Below, one piece after another: positions 1-9,035 of a DNA stretch of 32,000 nucleotides (position 1 is the stretch's first letter; each line of letters begins with the position of its first letter). Source of the DNA: Candidatus Saccharimonadota bacterium (GTDB lineage Bacteria > Patescibacteriota > Saccharimonadia > Saccharimonadales > Saccharimonadaceae); assembly GCA_039920285.1 (NCBI GenBank), contig JBDSDX010000001.1, positions 240,001 through 272,000 of the forward strand, in the 5' to 3' direction. The position numbers were made by a program, and so were the translations under genes. The notes beneath the pieces are model-generated. The model ran no database searches and was not told where the DNA came from. It worked only from the letters and a program-made list of their open reading frames with translations.

Positions 1-1
1 T

Positions 2-217
2 CCAGGTTATCAATCAGTCAGCGGTAAAGTTGATAAAACCGATAATATTGATGAATACAATAGCTCAGGCCCCGTCAACAAATCAACAGTTGATGAATTT
101 ACGAAACTTTATGATGCTCAAGCTGTTAAGGCAAAAGCAGTCAATGCGTATAATGGCGACCCATTAAATCCGGAAGTTCTTGAGTTCGGTAACGATGCCG
201 TATCAACAGATAATTAA
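2..217 (+). CDS. 3' end of an unidentified protein-coding gene (partial, runs off the window start)
   Basis: Frame 2 is open from base 2 to TAA at 215-217 (71 codons, PGYQSVSGKVDKTDNIDEYNSS...NDAVSTDN*). No domain recognised. Confidence 0.3.
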   Translation, partial: PGYQSVSGKVDKTDNIDEYNSSGPVNKSTVDEFTKLYDAQAVKAKAVNAYNGDPLNPEVLEFGNDAVSTDN

Positions 218-819
218 ATTTCTTCGCCGTTGAAAAGTCGGATTGCTTTAAACGCGTGTTCGCCAAGCGGACCACCAAGCGGAAACTTATCGAAATCTGT
301 CGCAAGCGCACGGTTCCGGTAGTTTGGATCTTCGGTCAGTTCTCGACCAAGCCACGTAAAGGGAACGAACCTCTCTGAAGCAGCTATTTTTTCTTCAGTC
401 GTTGCACCAGCGAACTCGATTTCCGTCATCGTAAGCCCGCGGTGACGTTGCAAAAATGCATCAATCGCTACCTCATGTGGTCCAAAAGAACTGATTCGAC
501 GAAGCTTTTGTAGTGTTCGATTGTGAGTTTGCTCCCATAACTCATGAAATAGATCTTCAGGGATCTCTGCTTCATTGATCGGTTCACCACGTACAAGACC
601 AGATGAAGATTTCACTGTCATCGTGTAGCTCGTCTCGTCCGTGTGCGTATCGACAATTGTTCGGACGCGTAGTTCAGACCCTTTATTACCGATTGCAACG
701 TAGCCCTGCTCGATTAAAAGCTCTTGGGTGATATCAAGCTCTGGAATAGTATCGGGGTCAACTTCAAAACGTCGTTCGACTTCTGCTTTCTTGGGTAGGG
801 CTCTTTCTAGGTCTGTCAT
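214..819 (-). CDS. CYTH-domain protein (triphosphate tunnel metalloenzyme, CyaB/ThTPase-like)
   Basis: N-terminal EVERRF resembles the CYTH ExExK signature, with beta-rich CYTH-like sequence after it. I place the start at the internal ATG (819) because AAGGAG lies 7 nt upstream. The longer ORF start at 894 overlaps the upstream gene. Confidence 0.65.
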   Translation of the reverse strand: MTDLERALPKKAEVERRFEVDPDTIPELDITQELLIEQGYVAIGNKGSELRVRTIVDTHTDETSYTMTVKSSSGLVRGEPINEAEIPEDLFHELWEQTHNRTLQKLRRISSFGPHEVAIDAFLQRHRGLTMTEIEFAGATTEEKIAASERFVPFTWLGRELTEDPNYRNRALATDFDKFPLGGPLGEHAFKAIRLFNGEEI

Positions 820-862
820 AATTTCTCCTTTAATTGTACTAATAAATAGGGGTCGCGCAAGC

Positions 863-1567
863 TTAAGCAGAGAGGAGATTAAAGGCCTCTTCACTTTCTA
901 ATTCGAATAATTCACAGAGAAGGGCATGGGCGTCGATGATTTCTGGAAACTCTTCATACTTTTCTCGAAGTCGAGCGTTCAACTTTAAATGATCTTCTAG
1001 AAGCGTCGCAGCAGATTCAACATTAAAATCTTCAACCATAATACGGACACCATCACCTAATATATCCACGAGAACGGGCATTAGTTTATCAACTGCTCTG
1101 ACAAATCGTGATTCAAGGCTCTGCTGAGACTCGTACGCTCGAACAAGTGCTCCGGTGTATGGTGGGAGCGTCTCGATGAGCTCATCGAGCGCATCGTGTT
1201 CTAGTTGTTCTTTTCGCGCGAGATCTTCGGCTGAAATGTTAAACGTTCCTACATCTGCTGTTTTTAATTCGATGAGATCGTGAACACCTGCATATTGAGC
1301 GACTAAACCTGTATCGAGGGTAGCAGGGTATAGAGTATAGGCAAGCTCACTTGCGATGAGGCTCAGCATGTAACTATGTTCGACATCACTCTCGCGCAGA
1401 CTATCGGCGTAACGAGGAACACGCTCGACTCGGGCAAAATCCATTGCGACTCCTGCGAGGGTAAGTGCAATGGCAGCGATGTGTTGCTGAGGTTCTTTCT
1501 GGACCTCTGGGCTGACGAGTTCGGTTAACTCAATTTGGTCAATAAATATTTCTTTATGTTTTTCCAT
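863..1567 (-). CDS. HD-domain phosphohydrolase (YfbR-like 5'-deoxynucleotidase family)
   Basis: SDVEHSYMLS...YAGVHDLIELKTADV matches the H...HD...D metal-binding pattern of HD hydrolases. Start chosen at MEKHKEIF (1567), preceded by AAGGAGAG. Confidence 0.65.
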   Translation of the reverse strand: MEKHKEIFIDQIELTELVSPEVQKEPQQHIAAIALTLAGVAMDFARVERVPRYADSLRESDVEHSYMLSLIASELAYTLYPATLDTGLVAQYAGVHDLIELKTADVGTFNISAEDLARKEQLEHDALDELIETLPPYTGALVRAYESQQSLESRFVRAVDKLMPVLVDILGDGVRIMVEDFNVESAATLLEDHLKLNARLREKYEEFPEIIDAHALLCELFELESEEAFNLLSA

Positions 1568-1664
1568 GACTACTCTCCTTTTGTATCTTTTTATTTCTAA
1601 CAGATACATTTTCATGGTATTTTAGAAGTAGGAAAGGGTATAGGAAGTAAAAATTGAGTCAAAT

Positions 1665-2342
1665 ATGATTGAGCAAATATCCATAGATCATCACATCCAG
1701 CGTTATATGATTGATGTACTCATGTTTCGCGAAATAGCTCGATTTCGTGATCTTCGTCCTCCTAAAACTGATACCAACCTCTTTAGTTATCACTTAAAGT
1801 CACTTATTAAATCAGGCATGATTAAAAAAGTTGACGGTGGCTATACGCTTAGTAATCTCGGATTGTCATATGTCGACCGTGTCAGCACACAAAAGAAGGC
1901 TATTCGTAAACAGCCAAAAATTATTACCATGCTCTTGATTCAAAATAGTGAAGGGGACGTTTTGTTGCAGAAGCGTGACAAGCAACCATATATCAATGCA
2001 TGGACATTGCCGTATGGAAAGTTGCATATTGATGACCCAACCCTTGAAATCGCTGCCATGCGTGAGACAAAAGAGAAGTTAGGGATTGAAAATCAGCCTC
2101 TGACGCACGCGGGAGACTGTTATATTCGAGTCAAAACGGGTGATGATATACTCTCAACGACGCTAGCACACGTCTTTAAATTTAATAGTGATGACATTAA
2201 AGAAAGAGATGATATTGTTTGGGCGCGTCCCCATAAACTTGATCAGTACCGCCTCGCACCAGCCGTTGGTGCAATCGTAGCTCGTGGATTCTTCAATGAC
2301 CCCTTCTTCTTTGAAGAGTTCGAAGCTGACTGGTATAGTTAA
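1665..2342 (+). CDS. Winged-helix (MarR/ArsR-like) N-terminal domain fused to a Nudix hydrolase domain
   Basis: The N-terminus (HLKSLIKSGMIKKVDGGYTLS) is wHTH-like. The C-terminal half has a Nudix-box-like GKLHIDDPTLEIAAMRETKEKLGI, slightly off consensus. Confidence 0.55.
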   Translation: MIEQISIDHHIQRYMIDVLMFREIARFRDLRPPKTDTNLFSYHLKSLIKSGMIKKVDGGYTLSNLGLSYVDRVSTQKKAIRKQPKIITMLLIQNSEGDVLLQKRDKQPYINAWTLPYGKLHIDDPTLEIAAMRETKEKLGIENQPLTHAGDCYIRVKTGDDILSTTLAHVFKFNSDDIKERDDIVWARPHKLDQYRLAPAVGAIVARGFFNDPFFFEEFEADWYS

Positions 2343-2345
2343 ACT

Positions 2346-2675
2346 ATGAATTTAGACGAATATCAAACACTTGCCAAAAGAACTGCTGCGCCAAAAGATA
2401 AAAAAGATGAAGTCTTTCATTTGATTCTTGGGTTGGTTGGTGAAACCGGTGAAATCGCCGAAAAGACAAAGAAGATCGTCCGTGATAACGGAAGTGATTT
2501 TAGTAAACTCGACCTTACTGATTTGAAAAAAGAACTTGGTGATGTGTTGTGGTATATTGCAATCCTGGCTGACTACTTTGATATCTCACTCGATGAGATC
2601 GGTACGAAAAATATCGAAAAACTTGCGAGTCGTCTCGACCGTGGCACTCTTGGTGGTAGTGGCGACAACCGCTAA
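2346..2675 (+). CDS. MazG-like nucleoside triphosphate pyrophosphohydrolase (small all-alpha type)
   Basis: LGLVGETGEIAEK ... ELGDVLWYIAILADYF are the paired EXXE/D helices typical of MazG/YpjD-type proteins. It lies 3 nt after the Nudix gene. Confidence 0.8.
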   Translation: MNLDEYQTLAKRTAAPKDKKDEVFHLILGLVGETGEIAEKTKKIVRDNGSDFSKLDLTDLKKELGDVLWYIAILADYFDISLDEIGTKNIEKLASRLDRGTLGGSGDNR

Positions 2676-3088
2676 TTTTTATTGATAAAATCAGCAATAG
2701 TTTTAGATGGAACGGTGTTGTCGCGGTAGAGAGCGATCGTATTGTACGCATTGCCTTCAATCATGGCAGAAAGTCGTTTGTCAGAACTTTCGTCGAATAA
2801 GCAAAGAACTGGTCGCCCTAGCTTTTCAGCAACTCCAATTTCATACCCGACGCCGAGCGAAGGATTGGTCGCTTCGACAATGACAAGATCACACTCTTGG
2901 ATCATCTTTACGTCACGGGCATATATTTGATCAGCCGGCAGAGGACTCCCACCATAGAGTAAAACATCTTTCACAAATACTTCACTGATTACTTCAGCAC
3001 CAGCAGCTTTGATCGCTTCAACAATTGCTAGGTAGTTTGAGGTGTCACCACCACCACGAATAGCACAGGCGAAGTAGACTTTTTTCAC
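2672..3088 (-). CDS. DNPH1/Rcl-like 2'-deoxynucleoside 5'-phosphate N-hydrolase (nucleoside 2-deoxyribosyltransferase superfamily)
   Basis: VYFACAIRGGGD ... DLVIVEATNPSLGVGYEIG ... LSAMIEGN lines up with the Rcl/DNPH1 motifs as I recall them (SIRGG, PSLGVGYELG, LSAMI). It overlaps the upstream MurC-like gene by 4 nt. Confidence 0.8.
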   Translation of the reverse strand: MKKVYFACAIRGGGDTSNYLAIVEAIKAAGAEVISEVFVKDVLLYGGSPLPADQIYARDVKMIQECDLVIVEATNPSLGVGYEIGVAEKLGRPVLCLFDESSDKRLSAMIEGNAYNTIALYRDNTVPSKTIADFINKN

Positions 3089-4332
3089 TGCGCAAGTCTT
3101 TCGCGTACCCAGCTATCAATTGTCCCAGCACCCATACAGAGGACGAGTGCCCCTTGTTTGCGCGCTGTTTGGATGTGTTCCCATAAACTATCATCAAATT
3201 CAGCAATATGGACGTGATCTTTATTGGTTATCGCTTTGGTTAATTCTTCCGGTGACAAAATTGGCTCATTCGGATCCTCACGAGACAAGTATGTCGGGAG
3301 CCAATAGACGTCATCAGCCTGCTCAAATTTATTACTGTACATATCACGGACGCGATATTGACGACGGTTTTGATGCGGCTGGTATACCAAGACAACATGA
3401 TCAGATAATTCGCGCGCTAACTGTAATGTGGCTATGATCTCTTCGGGGTGGTGGCCATAGTCAGTGTAAAGATTATCGGCCAGTTTTTCGAAACGTCGAT
3501 CTGTTCCAGGAAACGTACCAAGTGCTGCAATGACGTCTTCTTCCGTGCCAATTCCTAGATATTCAGCCGCTTTTACAACAAGTGTGGCATTGCGACGGTT
3601 GTGCGCGCCAGGGAGAGACAGATCAAGAGCTTCTTCAAGGACCCATGACTTTGGAGTGTCAACGTTGATATAATTGGCATCATTTTTCCAGATAATTGTA
3701 TGCTCAGATTGATCAATAAACTGACGAAATACATCGGTATATTGAGATTCTTCAGGGTAGGTATCGGGGTGATCATAATCGATCGATGTTATCATCGAGA
3801 GAAATGGTGAGAAGTGCAAAAAATTACGGTCATATTCATCGCATTCATAAATGAAATATTCACTCCTTGGATCAAATTTTCCACTCGGGCCAAATGAAAG
3901 GGTTGTGCCAACCGAGTAACTAACCGGAATGCCAAGTTGTTGCATCATCCATACAGTCATACCAGTGGTAGTGGTTTTACCATGTGTCCCTGCGATAGCA
4001 ATGAGCTTTAGACCTTTTTCTTGGATGATATAGGCTAAAAATTCATCACGTTTACTGGTTCGAATTCCTAATTCTTTGGCAAGGAGTAATTCGGCGTGAT
4101 CTTCAGGTAAAGCAGCTGTGTAAACAAACCAATCAATCGGTGCCGCTTCGTGACTTGCACGAAGGAACGTTCCATCTTGTCCGATATTGACGAGCACTCC
4201 TTCGGCTCTCAGTTCATCTGTCACTAAGCCTTCAACTAGATCAGACCCCATAACAGTGTGGCCAGCGTCACGAGCAATCTCTGTTAACGGGCCGATGCCG
4301 ACGCCTCCCAAACCCGAAAAATAGATATTCAT
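3085..4332 (-). CDS. murC: Mur ligase family, most likely UDP-N-acetylmuramate--L-alanine ligase
   Basis: N-terminal Rossmann motif IYFSGLGGVGIGPL and the ATP-binding AIAGTHGKTTTTGM. Start moved to MNIYFSG (4332). The 25 extra N-terminal codons in the ORF track look spurious. Mpl cannot be excluded by eye. Confidence 0.7.
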   Translation of the reverse strand: MNIYFSGLGGVGIGPLTEIARDAGHTVMGSDLVEGLVTDELRAEGVLVNIGQDGTFLRASHEAAPIDWFVYTAALPEDHAELLLAKELGIRTSKRDEFLAYIIQEKGLKLIAIAGTHGKTTTTGMTVWMMQQLGIPVSYSVGTTLSFGPSGKFDPRSEYFIYECDEYDRNFLHFSPFLSMITSIDYDHPDTYPEESQYTDVFRQFIDQSEHTIIWKNDANYINVDTPKSWVLEEALDLSLPGAHNRRNATLVVKAAEYLGIGTEEDVIAALGTFPGTDRRFEKLADNLYTDYGHHPEEIIATLQLARELSDHVVLVYQPHQNRRQYRVRDMYSNKFEQADDVYWLPTYLSREDPNEPILSPEELTKAITNKDHVHIAEFDDSLWEHIQTARKQGALVLCMGAGTIDSWVRERLAQ

Positions 4333-4409
4333 ATGTCCCCAGTATATCACTTGGACAAGGGGACCAACTGTGGTGTAATAGAGAAAGTAAAAGTGGGCAT
4401 TAGACAAAC

Positions 4410-5627
4410 ATGATACAAAAATTTATTCACCGGCTCCTCCTTCGACGTCATTTCTGGCGGACGGCTACTTTTAGCGAAGTTGCGGAACTGTATGCATCAC
4501 GCATGCTCCGTATTCTTGCGTTGAACATGACCGCTGCCTTCACTTCAATTTTCCTCTATCAGAACGGCTATAGCGTCTTATTCATTACACTTCTTTGGGC
4601 CGGGTTCTTTTTTTACAAGTTCCTCATTGCCTTACCGATGGCGGCGATTATCGCTCATGTCGGTCCAAAACACGCAATTCTCTATGCTAACCTTATGTAT
4701 ATTCCAGGACTCATTTCGTTGGCATTTCTCCCATCGTTTGGAGCAGTCGTCTTAATTCCAATGGTTATTTTTCAGGCAACATCATCGATGATGTATCAAA
4801 TTGCGTATATGGTTAACTTCTCAAAAGTAAAGAGTATTGAGCACGCTGGTAAAGAAATTGCGTACATGAATATTATCGAAAAGATTACGACAGGACTGAG
4901 CCCACTTCTTGGGGGAGTACTGGCATTCTTGTTTGGTCCACAGATTGTTATCGTCCTTGCTGCGTTGCTTTTCGTCGTGGCCGCAGTTCCACTCTTTAAA
5001 TCTGCTGAACAAGAGTCGCCTCGTCAGAAACTTGTTTTTACGGGTTTTCCATGGCATTTAGTGACTCGTAACGTCGCTGCTGAGACAGCCCGTGGATTTG
5101 ATTTATTTACTTCAGGAACGGTCTGGTCGTTATTCACAGCCATTACTATCATCGGTATTGCAGCTGATAATCAAATATATGCAACAAACGGTCTTCTAAG
5201 CTCGGTGATTCTCCTTGCTGCTCTCGGCGCCTCATATGCTTATGGGCGGCTGATTGATCGCCGTCGGGGTAGGGAACTGCTTCTATTTGGGACAATTGCA
5301 AACTCGATTACACACTTGTCGCGACCATTTATTGCCACAACCGTTGGTATTGCTGGTTTAAATATTGCCAATGAAGCCGCCACTGCGGGATATTCTATGG
5401 CGTATACACGAGGGAGTTTTGATAGTGCTGACCTTTCAGGTCAACGTACGACGTATCTCGGCCTCATGGAAGCGTTAACCGCACTCGGCTCGACTCTTGC
5501 CGCAGGAGTCCTGGCGCTGATGCTGTGCGTGCTCCCAGATGCCCATGCGATGGAGTATTTCTTTTATGTCGCTGCTGCAGTTGTCCTATTGATCGCAACT
5601 GCTCGTTTTCCACTCTACCGTCGATAA
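4410..5627 (+). CDS. Polytopic membrane protein, MFS-transporter-like
   Basis: 405 aa with about 10-12 hydrophobic segments. No specific family motif recognised. Confidence 0.45.
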   Translation: MIQKFIHRLLLRRHFWRTATFSEVAELYASRMLRILALNMTAAFTSIFLYQNGYSVLFITLLWAGFFFYKFLIALPMAAIIAHVGPKHAILYANLMYIPGLISLAFLPSFGAVVLIPMVIFQATSSMMYQIAYMVNFSKVKSIEHAGKEIAYMNIIEKITTGLSPLLGGVLAFLFGPQIVIVLAALLFVVAAVPLFKSAEQESPRQKLVFTGFPWHLVTRNVAAETARGFDLFTSGTVWSLFTAITIIGIAADNQIYATNGLLSSVILLAALGASYAYGRLIDRRRGRELLLFGTIANSITHLSRPFIATTVGIAGLNIANEAATAGYSMAYTRGSFDSADLSGQRTTYLGLMEALTALGSTLAAGVLALMLCVLPDAHAMEYFFYVAAAVVLLIATARFPLYRR

Positions 5628-5677
5628 CGCTCATGCTACAATAAGGGCAAGTAATAAGGTGGGAAACCTCTAAGGTA

Positions 5678-6310
5678 GTGGCAGACAAACGGCAAGTTCG
5701 ACGAAGCATCAAAGACCTGCAGCGTATCAAAACGTGGCAGCTTTTGGTATTGCTGATTTTAGTCGGCTTTTTATCAGCCACATTCTTACGTTTGAATAAC
5801 ATTGGTATGGTCGAGCGAAGGTCGGCAGTTATCTCTGCTGATGTCGCTGGTAATCAAGACGATACGATTAGAAGATTGTACGATCTACAACGATATGTCA
5901 GTAGTCACATGAACACCGATATGGGTAAAGGAGTCTACCTCCAAGAGAGTTACAAACGTGACAGTCAGGCTGTCCTCGATAAGGCTTCTGGGGACCAAAA
6001 CGCTAACGGTAATATTTATAAAAAAGCACAAGAAGTGTGTGCTCCAAGATTCAGTCACTATTCAAGTGCATATTTGCAGTGTACCACTAGTGAATTGGCA
6101 AAATATCCCGCTGCGACCGAGCTTATTGCGGCGGCAAAATTACCTTCAGCTAACAGCTATTTACACGATTATGTTTCACCGGTTTGGTCACCTGATTTTG
6201 CAGGCTGGTCCTTGGTCGTCTGTGGGATTATTGTCGTGCTCATTTTGGTGCGTCTGATTGGTCTGATCGTACTCAAAGTGTTACTCCAACGTGACTACCG
6301 GAGCGTTTAA
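5678..6310 (+). CDS. Hypothetical protein with N- and C-terminal transmembrane anchors
   Basis: GTG start. One TM helix is near the N-terminus (WQLLVLLILVGFLSATF) and one at the C-terminus (WSLVVCGIIVVLILVRLIGLIVL). Confidence 0.4.
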   Translation: MADKRQVRRSIKDLQRIKTWQLLVLLILVGFLSATFLRLNNIGMVERRSAVISADVAGNQDDTIRRLYDLQRYVSSHMNTDMGKGVYLQESYKRDSQAVLDKASGDQNANGNIYKKAQEVCAPRFSHYSSAYLQCTTSELAKYPAATELIAAAKLPSANSYLHDYVSPVWSPDFAGWSLVVCGIIVVLILVRLIGLIVLKVLLQRDYRSV

Positions 6311-6313
6311 CTG

Positions 6314-6341
6314 TTGACAGGAGTATCCTCGAGGCTATAAG
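6314..6341 (+). promoter_or_regulatory. Sigma70-like promoter for the small gene at 6383
   Basis: Consensus TTGACA (6314-6319), a 16-nt spacer, then TATAAG (6336-6341). The strong SD TAGGAGGT follows. Confidence 0.55.
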
Positions 6342-6382
6342 CTTACACTCGTATAGCACTAATAGGAGGTATAAGAACTACC

Positions 6383-6589
6383 ATGGCTTACAGTCACACA
6401 AACTCAAAAGGCGTTACATACTACTTGCACAGCACCGAAGTAACACTTCGTGGTGGCAAACCACAAACAATCTACTTTTTCGCTAAAGTAGAGAAGAACG
6501 CGAAGGGTCAACCAGTTGACCTTCCAGAAGACCGCGTTGTTAAGGAAAACCCACGCAATGGATTCCTTACTGTTTCAAAGAAGAAATAG
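6383..6589 (+). CDS. Small basic conserved hypothetical protein (68 aa)
   Basis: Strong SD (TAGGAGGT), a consensus promoter upstream and a strong terminator downstream. The protein is lysine-rich. Confidence 0.6.
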   Translation: MAYSHTNSKGVTYYLHSTEVTLRGGKPQTIYFFAKVEKNAKGQPVDLPEDRVVKENPRNGFLTVSKKK

Positions 6590-6657
6590 TTAAAAAACAC
6601 TATTGCACCTTAAGCAATTTGGCCATATACTAAAGCCAAACAAACAGGTGCCAAACT

Positions 6658-6682
6658 AGCCCCCTCCCCGGGGGCTTTTTTG
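6658..6682 (+). terminator. Rho-independent terminator
   Basis: AGCCCCC-tcccc-GGGGGCT forms a 7-bp GC-rich stem followed by TTTTT. Confidence 0.8.
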
Positions 6683-6731
6683 TTGAGATTTTTCTCGCTA
6701 TCTGACGGGGGTAGGAGTACAATAAAAACAT

Positions 6732-7493
6732 ATGGTAAAAATGGTAGAGGTCAAAAACCTCAAGAAACGATACGGTTCAAAACAGGCCGTCGATGGAGTC
6801 AGCTTTTCAGTTGAAAAAGGTGAAATCTTCGGCATCCTCGGCCCAAACGGTGCAGGCAAGACGACCACGCTCGAAATGATGGAAACCTTGCGAACGATTG
6901 ATTCAGGGTCAGTCAAAATAGACGGCATTGATGTCGCCAAAAACCCGCAAGCTATTAAATACATTATTGGTGTGCAACCTCAAACTCCCGCTTTTCAAGA
7001 TAAGACTCGTCTTACTGAAGTAGTGGAAATGTTTGCTGCAGCGTATGGAGAAAAAGTAGATGCAATGGCATTCCTTCGTGACGTCGATCTTCAAGATAAA
7101 GCGAAGAGTTACGTCGAAGACCTTTCTGGCGGACAAAAACAACGGCTCAGTATTACCACTGCACTTGTTCATGGTCCAAAAGTATTCTTTCTCGATGAAC
7201 CAACAACAGGACTCGACCCGCAAGCTCGCCGTCACCTCTGGGAATTAATTGAACAAGTCCGCGACAAAGGTATTAGCGTTATCATGACGACTCACTATAT
7301 GGACGAAGCTGAGATTCTTTGTGACCGTATTGCGGTCATGGATAACGGTAAAATTGTCGCCATCGACACGCCAAAGAACCTCATCAAGCAGTTGTTGAAG
7401 CGTGGTTTTAAAAAAGAACAAGAAGTTCAACAAGCAAACCTTGAAGACGTCTTTATTGACCTGACCGGCAAGGGTCTGAGAGAGGAATCATAA
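6732..7493 (+). CDS. ABC transporter ATP-binding protein (ABC-2/DrrA-like)
   Basis: Walker A GPNGAGKTT, signature LSGGQKQRL, Walker B FFLDEPTTGLD. Confidence 0.95.
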   Translation: MVKMVEVKNLKKRYGSKQAVDGVSFSVEKGEIFGILGPNGAGKTTTLEMMETLRTIDSGSVKIDGIDVAKNPQAIKYIIGVQPQTPAFQDKTRLTEVVEMFAAAYGEKVDAMAFLRDVDLQDKAKSYVEDLSGGQKQRLSITTALVHGPKVFFLDEPTTGLDPQARRHLWELIEQVRDKGISVIMTTHYMDEAEILCDRIAVMDNGKIVAIDTPKNLIKQLLKRGFKKEQEVQQANLEDVFIDLTGKGLREES

Positions 7494-8614
7494 TGAAACC
7501 AACTTTGAAACGAGCACTCTTTACCGTTTGGGTCTTTGTTCGTATTAATACCAAGCGATTCTTCCGTGACCGATTGGCGATTTTCTTTACAATCGTCTTC
7601 CCGCTCATCTTCCTTTTTGTGTTTGGTAGCCTCAACAGCGGAAGTGGAAATATTTCCCTGAATGTCGCTATCATTAACCAGTCTGATACGAAGTTTGCGA
7701 CCGACTTTGTCACGCAATCAACAGATAGTAAAATTCTTAAAGTGAATAAAGACGTGACGACTCTTGATCAAGCAAAAGAAAAAATGAGTCGCTCAGAACT
7801 AGATGCGACAATTATTTTGCCGAAGAATTTTGGTAAAGTGGCTGAAGGTTCAACGTACCCGACAGGAGAGGCAGAAGTTGTCTATACACAAAACAACCAA
7901 CAGTCTGCATCGGCGCTGATATCGGTGCTTAATACACAGTTTAATGCTATTAATGGCAACTTAGTGACGAGTGCGACACCATTCACTGTAAAGGGTACTG
8001 AACTCAACGAGAAAAGTCTTAGCGCTTTCGACTACACATTCGCTGGATTACTTGGCTTCTCGCTTATTGGTATGGGTGTCTTTGGTCCGGTGAACGTTTT
8101 CCCTGAGCTAAAGAAAATGGGCATTCTGAGACGCCTCAGTACCACGCCACTCCGTGTGTGGCAGTATTTCCTCGCAACGATGATCGGCCAGGCAGTTATT
8201 AGCATGGTAAGTTTCGTCGCGCTATTTGGTGTCGCAATTCTCGTATTTCACTTACAAATAGTGGGGAATTGGTTTGAATTAATACCATTCCTACTCTTTG
8301 GTATGATTACCATCCTTGGTATTGGCCTCGCACTTGGTGGTTGGGCAAAGAACGAACGCCAGGCAGCACCGTTATCGAATATCATTGTATTTCCAATGCT
8401 GTTTTTGTCTGGTACTTTCTTCCCACGGTTCTTAATGCCAGACTGGTTACAAAATATCTCGGCCTTTCTTCCGCTAACACCAATTATTGATGGTGTTCGT
8501 CTGATTGCTACGGAAGGCAAACACTTTATTGATATCTTGCCACAGATTGGTTTAATCGGTGCATGGCTGGTGATCATCTACTTCATTGCGTTCAAAGTCT
8601 TCCGCTGGGAATAG
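7493..8614 (+). CDS. ABC-2 type transporter permease
   Basis: Start overlaps the ATPase stop (ATAATG). It has an N-terminal TM, a large extracytoplasmic loop and a C-terminal 5-TM bundle, which is the typical ABC-2 permease layout. Confidence 0.85.
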   Translation: MKPTLKRALFTVWVFVRINTKRFFRDRLAIFFTIVFPLIFLFVFGSLNSGSGNISLNVAIINQSDTKFATDFVTQSTDSKILKVNKDVTTLDQAKEKMSRSELDATIILPKNFGKVAEGSTYPTGEAEVVYTQNNQQSASALISVLNTQFNAINGNLVTSATPFTVKGTELNEKSLSAFDYTFAGLLGFSLIGMGVFGPVNVFPELKKMGILRRLSTTPLRVWQYFLATMIGQAVISMVSFVALFGVAILVFHLQIVGNWFELIPFLLFGMITILGIGLALGGWAKNERQAAPLSNIIVFPMLFLSGTFFPRFLMPDWLQNISAFLPLTPIIDGVRLIATEGKHFIDILPQIGLIGAWLVIIYFIAFKVFRWE

Positions 8615-8630
8615 TAGCAAAACCACATAA

Positions 8631-8659
8631 TTGACTTTTCATTATGCTTATGCTATTAT
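8631..8659 (+). promoter_or_regulatory. Sigma70-like promoter giving an apparently leaderless mRNA
   Basis: TTGACT (8631-8636), a 17-nt spacer, TATTAT (8654-8659), then the ATG at 8667 only 7 nt later. Confidence 0.5.
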
Positions 8660-8666
8660 AAACTCT

Positions 8667-9026
8667 ATGGTACGACAAACACAAACAGGAATAGAAGCAG
8701 GATGGATCACTCCACGTCCAAAGGACTGGGATGAGCGATTCAATACCGGCTTCACGGATGATAGCCAGCTTACTGCTGCTGATCGTCGTGCGTACAAAGA
8801 AGTCGCAACCTCACCTACAAAACCGCGCATATCGAATGAAGAATTTGATGCAATACTCGCAAAAGCTGAACATAATCGTCTCATGCATCAGCGCGCTGTA
8901 GAGAAAGGTCATGCAGCCTTTCAAGACATAATCGCACCTCCTCAACCAGAGGTTATGCAGACTCGTCGCTCACTTCGTGAACAAGAACGTCAACAAAAGA
9001 AACGTAATCTTTTCGGTAAGAGTTAG
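8667..9026 (+). CDS. Hypothetical protein
   Basis: ORF 8631-9026 trimmed to the ATG at 8667 because the first 36 nt look like a promoter. No domain recognised. Confidence 0.4.
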   Translation: MVRQTQTGIEAGWITPRPKDWDERFNTGFTDDSQLTAADRRAYKEVATSPTKPRISNEEFDAILAKAEHNRLMHQRAVEKGHAAFQDIIAPPQPEVMQTRRSLREQERQQKKRNLFGKS

Positions 9027-9035
9027 AATAATAGT

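Noticed and set aside
3085-4407. N-terminal extensions proposed by the ORF track for several genes: murC 4333-4407, ruvA 27934-27993, the PH-domain protein 29497-29604, the CYTH gene 820-894, the HD gene 1568-1615 and the DUF3494 protein 20311-20412
   Set aside because: The extensions add non-homologous residues or overlap neighbouring genes or promoters. Internal ATGs with an SD or a leaderless -10 box match the conserved N-termini of the families.
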